A stretch of DNA of 64,000 bases from an uncultured Candidatus Sumerlaeota bacterium. Its GTDB lineage: Bacteria > Sumerlaeota > Sumerlaeia > SLMS01 > CAYUNT01. The stretch is taken from contig CAYUNT010000002.1 in the NCBI GenBank assembly GCA_964446285.1, forward strand, positions 32 to 64,031, given 5' to 3'. The position numbers were made by a program, and so were the translations under genes. Under the pieces are notes generated by a model. The model did no database searches, was not told the origin of the DNA, and saw only the letters and a program-made list of their open reading frames with translations. This document shows, piece after piece, positions 29,772 through 39,284 of the stretch; position 1 is the first letter of the stretch, and each line of letters begins with the position of its first letter.

Positions 29772-30896
29772 ATGGCGCACGCATATACTCCCGGTTTGCA
29801 AGTCACCCCCGAATCCATCGTTGAAAAAACCCGTCAGTTGCCGCTTCCGGGCAAAGTGCTGGCAAAATCCGGCGACCGCGTAACGGCCGAACAGGTAATT
29901 GCCACAACGGATTTCCCGGGCGATGTGATTACGGTCAATGTCGTGAATCAGCTCGGCATCGAGCCGCACGACCTGCCCGAGTTCATGCTCAAAAAGGAAG
30001 GCGACACGGTCCGCGAAAACGAGCCGATCGCGGAAAACAAGCCGTTCTTCAAATTCATGAAGACGACAATCAAGTCGCCCATCACGGGAACGGTCGAAAG
30101 CGTATCGAGCATCACGGGACAGGTGCTTTTGCGCAATCCGCCGCGAAAAATCGAACTGCGCGCTTACATCGACGGCGTCGTCACAGAAGTGATTCCCGAT
30201 TCGGGCGTGGTCATAACCACCGCAGCCACATTTGTGCAGGGGATTCTCGGAATAGGCGGCGAAAAAAACGGCGTGCTGGCGGCGGCCATCGACAAGGTGG
30301 ATGCGGTCCTTACCGCGGATTGCATCCGGCCCGAGCACAAAGGGAAAATCCTGTTTGGCGGCTCGCTTATCGAGGCCCCGGCGCTGAAAAAGGCGCTCGA
30401 AATCGGCGTGGCGGGCATCATCACGGGCGGATTCAGCGCGCACGACCTCAAGGAATGGCTCGGCTACGACCTCGGCGTGGCTATTACGGGCGACGAAGAT
30501 GTGGCGACAACACTGATTATCACCGAGGGATTCGGGAAAATGGCGATGGCCCGCCGCACGTTCGACCTGCTGAAGACGTGCGAAGGCAAACGGGCTTCGA
30601 TCAGCGGCCGCACGCAAATTCGCGCGGGCGTGATGCGCCCCGAGGTGATCGTCCCGCTGGCCAAAGACCCCTCCGCAGTGGCCAAAGGGCGCGACGCCGC
30701 CTCGGGACTCAAGGAAGGCGACCCTGTGCGCATTATCCGCGAGCCGTATTTTGGCCGCCTGGGCAAGGTGGCCGGGCTGCCCCCGGAACTAGTAAAGATC
30801 GAGACCGAAGCAAAGGTGCGCATCATGAAGGTGGAATTGGAAGGCGGCGAGGTCATTACGATTCCCCGCACCAATGTCGAGGCGATTGAGGTATAG
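29772..30896 (+). CDS. Conserved hypothetical soluble protein (barrel-sandwich-hybrid repeats, C-terminal KOW-like); operon gene 1
   Basis: MAHAYTPGL; GKVLAKSGDRV..EQVIA and KKEGDTV..NEPIA...KSPITGTV hybrid motifs; ALEIGVAGIITGG; LKEGDPVRIIREPYFGRLGKV; no TM segment. Confidence 0.85.
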   Translation: MAHAYTPGLQVTPESIVEKTRQLPLPGKVLAKSGDRVTAEQVIATTDFPGDVITVNVVNQLGIEPHDLPEFMLKKEGDTVRENEPIAENKPFFKFMKTTIKSPITGTVESVSSITGQVLLRNPPRKIELRAYIDGVVTEVIPDSGVVITTAATFVQGILGIGGEKNGVLAAAIDKVDAVLTADCIRPEHKGKILFGGSLIEAPALKKALEIGVAGIITGGFSAHDLKEWLGYDLGVAITGDEDVATTLIITEGFGKMAMARRTFDLLKTCEGKRASISGRTQIRAGVMRPEVIVPLAKDPSAVAKGRDAASGLKEGDPVRIIREPYFGRLGKVAGLPPELVKIETEAKVRIMKVELEGGEVITIPRTNVEAIEV

Positions 30897-30900
30897 TCTC

Positions 30901-32241
30901 ATGGTGTGTCTCCGAGCAAAAACATCCGCCGCCTTTCGTTTGTCGTTGTGCGGGCTGTGGCTTGCGGCGGCGGCAATAGCGGCTCATGCGCAAAGTCCAT
31001 CTGCTCCCTCCGCTGAGTCTTCTGCGCCCAGCGCGTCAGACGCCGCAGGCAAGGCAGCGAAGGCGGCGCCCGCGCCACTTGCGCCTCCGAGCGGGTTCAA
31101 GGCGTTTGACATCCCGGGCGATCGCGGTGGCGCTGTGGGGCTTTCCTGGGATGCTTCGGCGGCCGACGCCCCGGGCCGCGAGTATATCCTTTACAAATCC
31201 ACCTCGCCCGGCGGTCCGTTCGAGGAGTTCAAGCGATTCCCCGCCACCAAGAATTACCAGTCTGACGAGCCGCGCGTATTTGGATACTCGGCCAGCAACG
31301 CCAAGAGGCATTTTATCCAGCGCGATGTGGAGATCAAAGATGACAAGCCCGTTCGGGAATACTACCAGCTGGCGATTGCGGAAGGCGAAGCGGTGGCGCA
31401 TTGCCCCGAAACCGTCACCGAGCTGGCCAAGCCGAACTGGTTCGCCGGGCACAAAATCAACAATCTGATCCTGGTGCTCTTTTGCTCGGGATTTGTTTTA
31501 TTCTTCATCCACCGCGCGGGCAAAAATCCAAACCTGTTCATCCGCAAACTCAGCGGACTCGAAGCGATTGACGAGGCCATCGGCCGCGCCACGGAAATGG
31601 GAAAACCGATCCTCTACACCACGGGCTACAGCGACATGGATCAGGTTTCCACAATCGCCTCGGTGAACATCCTGGCGCATGTGAGCCGCAAGGTGGCCGA
31701 CTACGATTCGCGACTCCTTGTGCCGTGCAAGTGGTCGATCGCCATGACCGTCTGCCAGGAAGTTGTGAAGGAATCTTACCTGAACGCAGGGCGCCCCGAC
31801 GCCTATAATCCGCAGGAAATTTACTTCATCGCGGGCGAGCAGTTCAGTTACACCGCCGCCGTCGATGGATTGCTCGTGCGCGAGAAACCCGCGGCCATCT
31901 TCCTGCTCGGCACGTTCGCCGCCGAGGCCCTCATCCTCGCCGAAACGGGCGCATCGACCGGCGCCATTCAAATCTCGGGCACAGATTCCGCATATCAAAT
32001 CCCGTTCTTTGTGGTGGCGTGCGATTACTGCCTGATCGGCGAGGAACTCTACGCGGCCAGCGCCTATCTTTCGCGCGAACCCAAACTGCTCGGCTCGCTC
32101 AAGGGGCAGGATGCGGGAAAATTGCTGCTCATCGCCGGCCTCCTGCTCGGCAATCTCTGCATGCTCATGCAATTTGGTTTGGGACAGATGATCGCCGCTC
32201 CGCTGGTCCTGGCGATCAAACGCTTCTTTACCCCTCTGTAA
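30901..32241 (+). CDS. Membrane protein with signal peptide, FN3-like domain and DUF6754-like domain; operon gene 2
   Basis: Signal peptide ending AAHA; APPSGFKAFDIPGDRGGAVGLSW; TM; IRKLSGLEAIDEAIGRATEMGKP...IPFFVVACDYCLIGEELYAASAYL; DUF name from memory. Confidence 0.8.
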   Translation: MVCLRAKTSAAFRLSLCGLWLAAAAIAAHAQSPSAPSAESSAPSASDAAGKAAKAAPAPLAPPSGFKAFDIPGDRGGAVGLSWDASAADAPGREYILYKSTSPGGPFEEFKRFPATKNYQSDEPRVFGYSASNAKRHFIQRDVEIKDDKPVREYYQLAIAEGEAVAHCPETVTELAKPNWFAGHKINNLILVLFCSGFVLFFIHRAGKNPNLFIRKLSGLEAIDEAIGRATEMGKPILYTTGYSDMDQVSTIASVNILAHVSRKVADYDSRLLVPCKWSIAMTVCQEVVKESYLNAGRPDAYNPQEIYFIAGEQFSYTAAVDGLLVREKPAAIFLLGTFAAEALILAETGASTGAIQISGTDSAYQIPFFVVACDYCLIGEELYAASAYLSREPKLLGSLKGQDAGKLLLIAGLLLGNLCMLMQFGLGQMIAAPLVLAIKRFFTPL

Positions 32242-32257
32242 TCCGCGAGGTGATCCG

Positions 32258-33199
32258 GTGAATTTCTGGAAACGCCAATTGCCGGCCGTGGTGGTCTTCG
32301 TCGTGGGGATGCTCATGGTGATTCAGTTTTATATTCCCCATCCGGCTTCCTCCGCGGTCCTCGAAGGCACTAACGTCTGGATGCGAATCATCCGCAACTT
32401 CGCGCTGATGCTCGGCGTGATCAGCCTGGTGAACAGCCATTGGCGGAAAATCTCACGCAAGCAATCCGGATTCGGTTACAGCATCCTGGTCTTTGTCTCC
32501 TTTTTCGCCATGACGTTCTGCGGCCTGATCTGGGGCATCGACGCCCCGCGCGATCTGACGCTTCCGCTCGAGGTTCCGGCGGAAATCATGCAAAAGGGCG
32601 GCGAATTCAAAACGGGAATCGATGTCGAGGCGATTGACCAGATTACATATTCGATCCCGCCCGAGGCAAAGGCGCCGGCAAAGGCGCTGCGGGCCAGGGT
32701 GGGCAAGAGCCAGGAACAGGAACTCAAACCGGACGTCCCAATACGTTTTGGGGAAAAAGGCCCTGTGATCGTCGTGGCGGAGCCTGGATCGGGAGAGGGC
32801 GAGCTTTCGGCCTCGATGCATGTCAAAGGACGGCTCAGCCCGGGATTCTGGATATTCAAAAACATGAAAACGAGCATGGAATCGACGATGTATTCCTTGC
32901 TCGCTTTCTTCATCGCATCCGCGGCATTCCGGGCATTCCGCGCACGCAGCACAGACGCCACCATCATGCTCATCGCCGCCATTATGATGATGATTGGCCG
33001 CGTTTCATTTGGAGAAATCATATCGAGCTGGTTCAGCAAGGATTGGCTGTTTTTCCCCAAATTGAGTTACTGGATGATGAACGTGCCCGTGACCGCCGCC
33101 AAAAGGGCCATATTCCTTGGCATTGCGCTTTCGGTCATCGCCACATCCATCCGCGTTCTTTTTGGCCTGGAGCGCTCTTACCTGGGGAGGAGCGAATGA
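32258..33199 (+). CDS. Conserved hypothetical multi-pass membrane protein; operon gene 3
   Basis: GTG start after GAGGTG; about 6 hydrophobic segments with a soluble insert; TMYSLLAFFIASAAFRAFRARS, RVLFGLERSYLG. Confidence 0.82.
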   Translation: MNFWKRQLPAVVVFVVGMLMVIQFYIPHPASSAVLEGTNVWMRIIRNFALMLGVISLVNSHWRKISRKQSGFGYSILVFVSFFAMTFCGLIWGIDAPRDLTLPLEVPAEIMQKGGEFKTGIDVEAIDQITYSIPPEAKAPAKALRARVGKSQEQELKPDVPIRFGEKGPVIVVAEPGSGEGELSASMHVKGRLSPGFWIFKNMKTSMESTMYSLLAFFIASAAFRAFRARSTDATIMLIAAIMMMIGRVSFGEIISSWFSKDWLFFPKLSYWMMNVPVTAAKRAIFLGIALSVIATSIRVLFGLERSYLGRSE

Positions 33200-34035
33200 T
33201 GAATTTCGCCGATAAAATCCTCAAACTCGACCGCCGCTGGGTTTTCCTTGTCGTTGCCATCGTCACGGCCATTCCCATCATCCAGCCGCTGAACCTGCCG
33301 GTCTATGTGACGCCGGAAGTCCGTGGAGTCTTCGATGAAATCGAGAAGATTCCCGAAGGCTCGGCGATTCTAATCGCATTCGACTACGAACCCGGCTCGA
33401 CGCCCGAGTGCGATCCGATGTCGGTCGCCGTGCTGCGCCACTGCTTCCGCCGCAATCTGCGCGTGATCGGAGTCACGATTCTGGCGGTGGCCGTCGGCCC
33501 GGCCGAGCGCGTGCTCACGCAGGTGGCCAACGAAATGGGCAAGGAACGCGGCAAGGATTACACATTCCTCGGCTTCAAATCTGACCGCGCCCCAACAGTA
33601 GTCGGGATGTCGATCTCGATCCAGCGGACGTTCCAGACCGACCGTTACGGCAACGAAACGGCATCGCTGCCCGTTCTGCAGGGCGTCGGCAAACTCGCGG
33701 ATTTCCCCTACATGGTGGAAATCGCCGACGATTCAATTTTGGAATACTGGATTATGTATGCGCACGACACGGTCGGGCTGAAAATCGGCTCGTGCTGCAC
33801 GGCAGTCATCGCGTCGGGGATTTATCCGTTCCTCAACTCGGGGCAACTCACGGGCATTGTGGGCGGGCTGAAAGGCGCGTCGGAATATGAGAAATTGGTG
33901 GGCTTCCGCGGCATGGCGTCGCGCGGAATGGATTCCCAGGCCGTGATTCACATTTTCATCATCGTCCTTATGGTGGTTGGCAATATCGCTTTTCTCGTGA
34001 GCCGCAAAACCTCCCAGCGGAGGCAAACTGCATGA
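33196..34035 (+). CDS. Conserved hypothetical membrane protein (two TM anchors around an alpha/beta domain); operon gene 4
   Basis: ATGA overlap with gene 3; LDRRWVFL, FDYEPGSTPECDPM, GQLTGIVGGLKGASEYE, GMDSQAVIH. Confidence 0.82.
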   Translation: MMNFADKILKLDRRWVFLVVAIVTAIPIIQPLNLPVYVTPEVRGVFDEIEKIPEGSAILIAFDYEPGSTPECDPMSVAVLRHCFRRNLRVIGVTILAVAVGPAERVLTQVANEMGKERGKDYTFLGFKSDRAPTVVGMSISIQRTFQTDRYGNETASLPVLQGVGKLADFPYMVEIADDSILEYWIMYAHDTVGLKIGSCCTAVIASGIYPFLNSGQLTGIVGGLKGASEYEKLVGFRGMASRGMDSQAVIHIFIIVLMVVGNIAFLVSRKTSQRRQTA

Positions 34036-34670
34036 ATTTCCTTGATCCTTCGCTCATCGGAATCTGGGTGGCCGCGCTTCTGACGCTGGCCATTTACAGC
34101 TTCTTGTATAAGGACAACCCCTTCTACAAAGTGGCCGAGCACGTTTATATCGGCGTATCCACCGGGTATTTGGTTGTGGTGACACTGCGCGACGCCTTGT
34201 ATCGCGACTTGTGGGAGCCGCTGTTTGTCAATCAGCACAAGGAATATCTCGTCATCATCCCCGCGCTGCTCGGGCTGATTTTGTTCACGCGCTTCACAAA
34301 AACCCTCGGCTGGATGTCGCGCATTTCCATCGCGTTTATTGTCGGCGCCGCCTCGGGAATGTCGATTCCCTACAATACGCAGACATTCCTGCTGCGCCAC
34401 ACCGAAGCCACAATCATGCCGTTTGCGGGCATTTCGGATTGGGCCGCATGGGTGAACAACCTGCTGATTCTGATCGGCGTGGTTTCCGTGCTCGTGTATT
34501 TCTTTTTCTCGATCAAACACGAAGGCCCGGTGCGTCCTGTGGCGCGCACGGGGATGATTTTTCTGATGCTATTTTTCGGCGCGGCCTTTGGATACACAGT
34601 CATGGGCCGCGTTTCGCTGCTGATCGGCCAGATGCGATTCCTGCTCGTGGACTGGCTCCACATCGGCTAG
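34032..34670 (+). CDS. Conserved hypothetical multi-pass membrane protein; operon gene 5
   Basis: ATGA overlap with gene 4; AALLTLAIYSFLYKDNPFYKVAEHVYIGVSTGY, FFGAAFGYTVMGRVSLLIG. Confidence 0.85.
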   Translation: MNFLDPSLIGIWVAALLTLAIYSFLYKDNPFYKVAEHVYIGVSTGYLVVVTLRDALYRDLWEPLFVNQHKEYLVIIPALLGLILFTRFTKTLGWMSRISIAFIVGAASGMSIPYNTQTFLLRHTEATIMPFAGISDWAAWVNNLLILIGVVSVLVYFFFSIKHEGPVRPVARTGMIFLMLFFGAAFGYTVMGRVSLLIGQMRFLLVDWLHIG

Positions 34671-34689
34671 CCTCTTTCGGCAGAGCACC

Positions 34690-35811
34690 TATTAATCCGA
34701 GCATAATTAGTTGACAAGTTCTTTCTCCGTGAATGGGAGTTTGCATCCAAGAATGCAGGACCGGATGAACTGCTTGTTTTGCGCCCGCGCCCGAAACGAA
34801 TCGCAGGCTTTGCGTTGCAATTGAGCCGCCGTCTTGGGCGAGAAGTTCGCCATGTCCACATACTTCACCGCGCTGAACACCCACTCGGTCGCATTGAGTT
34901 CGGGCGCATACGGGGGAAGCCACACCACCTCCAGGCGGGCGCGCACATCGGGCCGCGCAAGAAAATCCCGAACCTCCCGCGCCCGGTGGATCGACACGTT
35001 GTCCCAAAGCAGGATCAACGGCCCCGGGAGTTCGCGCAGCAGGTCCACCAGAAAGCAAAGCACCCGCGCCGCGCAAAACGCCCCCGCAACGATCTCGAAC
35101 AGCAAGCCGGCCCGGTTCGTGATTGCCGCTATCACCGACAGTTTTTTCCAGTTGAAGCATTCCTCCACGACCGGCGTGTGGGCCACAGGCGCCCAGGTCG
35201 CGCGCACGAGCGGCTGCAGCGACAACCCGGATGCATCAGCGAAAACCAGTATTTTCCCTTCACGCCGCGCCCGGCTCTTGATCCGGGGAAAGACCCACCG
35301 GCGGAACCGCTCTATTTTTTTGGGGGTCGCGCTCGCGGGCGCGGCGGACGGGTTTCTGGCGCGAGAACCGCAAGGTTTTTCGCAGCAGGCGCGAGACGCT
35401 CGCCTCGTGGTAGATGACCCCGAAAGTGTCCGCGATGAGTTGGCGGATGCGCTTGCAGGTCCACAGGTTGGTCTCCCAGCCGTGAACAAGCGGCCCCTGG
35501 ACAAGCATCCGGGCCAGGCGTTTGCGCTGGGCGCGGGTGAGTTGCGCCGGGCGTCCGCGCTTGCCGGGTTCAAAGCCATGCTTGGGGTCCTCCTTTGGGG
35601 CCTTGATCCAGTCGTAAACCGCTTGGCGGCTGATGCCATAGTGGCGGGCGACGGCGGCGACGGGCTCCCCGCGCGCAACCAGGCGGACGGCCGTGCGCCG
35701 CGCGGCCAGTTGGTCGGAGGGGGGACGGTGTTTGTAGGCAACTCGAGCATTCATGCCCCTAGGCCAGAACAAGGCCCGCAACAGCGTCAAGTAAATAAGA
35801 TGGGATTAGTA
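34690..35811 (-). mobile_element. IS630-family insertion sequence with TA target duplication
   Basis: Imperfect terminal IRs: TAttaatccgagcataattagttgac (left) versus TActaatcccatcttatttacttgac (reverse complement of right); encloses the transposase. Confidence 0.88.
34707..35754 (-). CDS. IS630 transposase in two frames joined by a -1 frameshift
   Basis: OrfA HTH/winged helix (VARHYGISRQAVYDW, LWTCKRI, FSRQKPVRRARERD); OrfB DDE (FADASG, LWDNVSIH, LPPYAPELNATE); slippery CCCCCAAAAAAA at about 35315-35326. Confidence 0.9.
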
Positions 35812-35817
35812 AGAATA

Positions 35818-35912
35818 GGGTGCATCTCACTTTTTATCCACCCGCAGGCGAAACCGCCACGTTTCTTTCAGCGAGGCCACCTGCGGATGGACAAAAAAAG
35901 TGAGATGCGCCC
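35818..35912. mobile_element. ~95-bp MITE-like palindromic element
   Basis: GGGTGCATCTCACTTTTTTATCCACCCGCAGG ... CCTGCGGATGGACAAAAAAAGTGAGATGCGCCC long near-perfect inverted arms. Confidence 0.6.
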
Positions 35913-35934
35913 GGTCGGCGCAGGTATGATCTTC

Positions 35935-36807
35935 TCAATGTTGCTCGCTGTTGCGAGAGAGCCTGGGCAATTCGTGAATTGACTGGTATCTAAGAGCCGC
36001 CTGCACCTTCTGATGCTCCATCGTCTGCAGAGAAGTTTCATAGTATGCGAGATATTCTTCGTTGCCATCCGGGATGGGAAAGCCCATGCTTTTTTGTTTG
36101 CGAATTATATCCTTGCAACGGGCCAGGCCTTCCTTGCAGCTGGCAATGGTTGCTTTATCTTCCTCCGCCAAAGTCACAAGAATACGCAGCCGGCCCATTT
36201 GCAGAAGAAAGTTGCTTGCTAAAGATTCGGGAAATTGAAGGTTTCCATAAACAGCTGCGAGTTTGCTCTTCGAAGAAGCACGCATATCCGTTCTGGCAGC
36301 ATCATGGATTTCATTCAGAATAGAACTGCATTTTAACGAAGAGGAGTATTGGTCCATAAGATATTGCACATAGACGGCGCAGTCTGTCGTATTTCCATCC
36401 CGGAATTCAACAAGCGCCAGGCGGGATAAGATATGGCCTGCATATTCATTTCCTGATTTAATTTCCCAAGGCGACCATTGAGACCGATCGCACTCCACGG
36501 CCTCCAATGCAGACAGATAATCCAGGCGAGGGTCTTCTCGGAGATTAAACTCACGTATTTGCCCTATATTGAATAGCGCGCGCCCGGCCCATATGCTGCC
36601 GGGGTATTTCGAGGCCAGTTCCCGAAATCCCCCGCAGCATTCTTTGAGGGTATCCGCGTCCGAGATGGCGTTTTCCCAAGCCTTGCACAATGAAAAATAC
36701 TCGGACTCCGGACTTTTCGCGGATGGCGCCTGGTTTGCTTTGGCGATGGGAAAATACAGCACAAGCCCTGCAAAAACAACGCCAGCCAGAATATAAAAGC
36801 CTCGCAT
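35935..36807 (-). CDS. Exported helical (TPR-like) hypothetical protein in AT-richer islet
   Basis: GGAGG RBS before ATG 36807; hydrophobic N-terminus; FRELASKYPGSIWAGRALFNIGQI TPR-like pattern. Confidence 0.65.
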   Translation of the reverse strand: MRGFYILAGVVFAGLVLYFPIAKANQAPSAKSPESEYFSLCKAWENAISDADTLKECCGGFRELASKYPGSIWAGRALFNIGQIREFNLREDPRLDYLSALEAVECDRSQWSPWEIKSGNEYAGHILSRLALVEFRDGNTTDCAVYVQYLMDQYSSSLKCSSILNEIHDAARTDMRASSKSKLAAVYGNLQFPESLASNFLLQMGRLRILVTLAEEDKATIASCKEGLARCKDIIRKQKSMGFPIPDGNEEYLAYYETSLQTMEHQKVQAALRYQSIHELPRLSRNSEQH

Positions 36808-36858
36808 AAAAACATCCTCCGCTTTACTTGGCATAAGTTCTATCTTTGTTCTCACTCA

Positions 36859-37119
36859 TCACCGATACGAGGACATGTGGGCGGTTTGGCCGTGCGCAAA
36901 ATTGACCGTAATCGGCTGCGAGGAGTTATTAGATATTGTCTCGGACATCACATATACATCATGCTCGGCATAATATGTAGTGTAGTCTCCCTCAAAAGGA
37001 CCTTGAAGGGGCAATTGATCTTCGCAATAAATCGCCTCATCGCCTTCTGTGTTTCTCCACCCAAATGCACAAAAAAGCAAAACAACAGCCAAAATCACTT
37101 TCCCCCTGCTACCCTTCAT
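36859..37119 (-). CDS. Small exported hypothetical protein, possibly a truncated remnant
   Basis: MKGSRGKVILAVVLLFCAFGW signal-like start; 86 aa; ends in TGA TGA. Confidence 0.4.
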   Translation of the reverse strand: MKGSRGKVILAVVLLFCAFGWRNTEGDEAIYCEDQLPLQGPFEGDYTTYYAEHDVYVMSETISNNSSQPITVNFAHGQTAHMSSYR

Positions 37120-37319
37120 GAGATCCCACACAAATGACAGGTAGAATAATAAAGCGCACAAACAGCACTGCGCAAACAATTGTGCGGATATGACGTTTGT
37201 GTTTGGCTGTCAATACAATTATATACATAATTAGAAATATTGTGCTCTTCACAACCGCCGCCATATTATACGTTTATATTTCTACACTTTCAGAAGCCCC
37301 CTCAAAGGCACGCAATGGG

Positions 37320-39233
37320 CTATGTTTTTTCGTGCAGCGGAGGAACATACACGCGGTAGTGCGGGCACCCATCGAAAGGCTCTGTGATCCAGCGTCCGCC
37401 GGGCAAATGACGTTCGATTTCCTGCGGAATCGCCGCCGGGCAGGGGTCCTGGATAATAAACAGCAAACGCCGCCCGGCGCGCTCGGGATGCCATTTCGCC
37501 GAGCGCGTTTTCCATGTGGAAAACGGCACAATCACCGCTGTGCGATCGCGAAATCCGGGATTCCAGGTGTTCATCTGGCTGTCGAAGGGGAAAAGGACTC
37601 CGCTTTCGTTGTGCGTGATGAATTCATACTGCGCGAGGTTGGTATTCATAAAATACGCCAAGCTCGTAAAGGGCGCGTAGTTTTTTATGAAGTCGTCTTT
37701 CCCCGACAGGACGCGGTCGTAATAGAGTTTGATATTATATTGCGCGAGAAAAAGCGCGGCAGCAACTGCGAGCACCGCCCCCATGCGCGCGGCGGGCCGC
37801 CATCGGATTCGCGTCAGCCCCCAAAGCGGCAGCGCCAGCGCAAAGGCACAAATGGAAATCGCCAAGTGCACGCGCTGATGATAGGGCGGATAGGGCAGCA
37901 TCGTCAGTCCGCCCAGAATCGCGTTGTTGAGCAGGAAGAAAAGAATCAGCAATAAAAACGCGGGGGTTCGCCATCGCCAGAGCATCCACAACGCGCCCAC
38001 TGCGGCAAGCCAGAATCCGTAACGGTCGAGGAATCCGATCGGCGTTGAGTAGGCATGATAGGCGTTGGGACCGCTATAATAGCCGCGGAAGGCGTTGCCG
38101 ATGTTCTTCGCCGTCGCGACGATCACCGAGCGCGTCTGATAGCTGCTTAGCGCCCAGTCAAGCTGCGGTTTGTAGAGGAGTTGCGTGCTGGTCTGGCGGT
38201 AGGACGTTAGATACGGATGCGTTTCAAGGTCGTGGCGCAACTTGACGAGCACGAGCACGTAGATCGAGAGAGTGATGAGCAAGGGGGCGTTGCGCCGAAG
38301 CCAGGTTTTGTCCTCGATAAAACGAATTCCCACATAGATGGCAAGCGGCAGGAGAATAAGGCGGCCGCTGAAATACTGCATCGTAACAACAGCCGCTAGA
38401 ACGGCCGCCAAAAGCCCAAAGAGCGCCTTGGCCCACCAGCGCCGCGCTTTTTCGCCCGCCAGAAACGCCCACGCCGCCGCGATATACACAGCCGAGGTTT
38501 CGTTGAAGTATCCGCCCTCGACGGACATAAACAAATTGTAATGCATGAACGCGCCCAGAAACACCACCAGGAGCGCATAAGCGGGGCCGAGCATCCATCG
38601 CGCAAAACCATAAAACACAAGCAGCATCATGACGCTTCCGGCCACACTGGCGGCGCGGCACCACGCGTCGGAATGCGTCTGGAACCATGCGTGCGAATAC
38701 GGCAGCGCACGCAGCCAAAAGACCAGATTATACATGCCAGAATGCGACACGCCGAGGTCCCAGGGCATGTCTTTCGAGGCGTGCTGATTGAAAACGAAAC
38801 GCCAGGCGGTATCGACTTCGTCGCCATTGAGCGGCACAACAAAACGCGAAAGCGCCGGAACGCACACAAACACAAACGCGCCTAAAACCAAGAGAAGAAC
38901 AGCGAATTCCGATAACAGGCCATGCCGCCGAGGAGAGGTTGTGAGTTGCGAGTTGTGAGTTGTGGGTTGTGAGTTGTGAGTTGTGGGCTGCGAGTTGTGA
39001 GTTGTGGGCTGCGAGGGTGCGGCGGAAGGCGCAGGCGCTGGGTTTCCGGTGGCTTGGGCGTCCCGCCCAAGGTTCCCTTCTTGCTTTTTTACGGAAATTT
39101 GCGGCGCCTGCGCCTGTCTGGCGGTTTCCAATTCACCTGGCAGCAAATCGTCGAAATCGTCATAATCCCGAATTGGAGGCATGGAATTGCGCGAAAGCGC
39201 GGAATTGGGATTTGTATCTGGAGGAAAGGCCAT
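37320..39233 (-). CDS. GT-C fold membrane glycosyltransferase (ArnT/PMT, GT39/GT83-like) with repeat-derived N-terminal extension
   Basis: TM1 followed by LNGDE acidic loop, WCRAASVAGS, QYFSGRLI, more than 10 hydrophobic segments; N-terminal (SQPTTHN)n; start uncertain. Confidence 0.75.
   Translation of the reverse strand: MAFPPDTNPNSALSRNSMPPIRDYDDFDDLLPGELETARQAQAPQISVKKQEGNLGRDAQATGNPAPAPSAAPSQPTTHNSQPTTHNSQPTTHNSQLTTSPRRHGLLSEFAVLLLVLGAFVFVCVPALSRFVVPLNGDEVDTAWRFVFNQHASKDMPWDLGVSHSGMYNLVFWLRALPYSHAWFQTHSDAWCRAASVAGSVMMLLVFYGFARWMLGPAYALLVVFLGAFMHYNLFMSVEGGYFNETSAVYIAAAWAFLAGEKARRWWAKALFGLLAAVLAAVVTMQYFSGRLILLPLAIYVGIRFIEDKTWLRRNAPLLITLSIYVLVLVKLRHDLETHPYLTSYRQTSTQLLYKPQLDWALSSYQTRSVIVATAKNIGNAFRGYYSGPNAYHAYSTPIGFLDRYGFWLAAVGALWMLWRWRTPAFLLLILFFLLNNAILGGLTMLPYPPYHQRVHLAISICAFALALPLWGLTRIRWRPAARMGAVLAVAAALFLAQYNIKLYYDRVLSGKDDFIKNYAPFTSLAYFMNTNLAQYEFITHNESGVLFPFDSQMNTWNPGFRDRTAVIVPFSTWKTRSAKWHPERAGRRLLFIIQDPCPAAIPQEIERHLPGGRWITEPFDGCPHYRVYVPPLHEKT
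38938..39015. repeat. Heptamer tandem array (GTTGTGA/GTTGTGG) inside the ORF
   Basis: About 11 heptamers, read as SQPTTHN repeats on the minus strand. Confidence 0.85.
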
Positions 39234-39284
39234 TGTTGGGTCTTTGTGACTTTGTGGTGAATAGTTTTTATAAGCACACCATAT

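Noticed and set aside
30030-30095. Biotinyl/lipoyl attachment site in operon gene 1 (FKFMK in the hairpin)
   Set aside because: It does not match the EAMKM or ExDKA consensus and the hairpin spacing differs; only the fold resemblance is kept.
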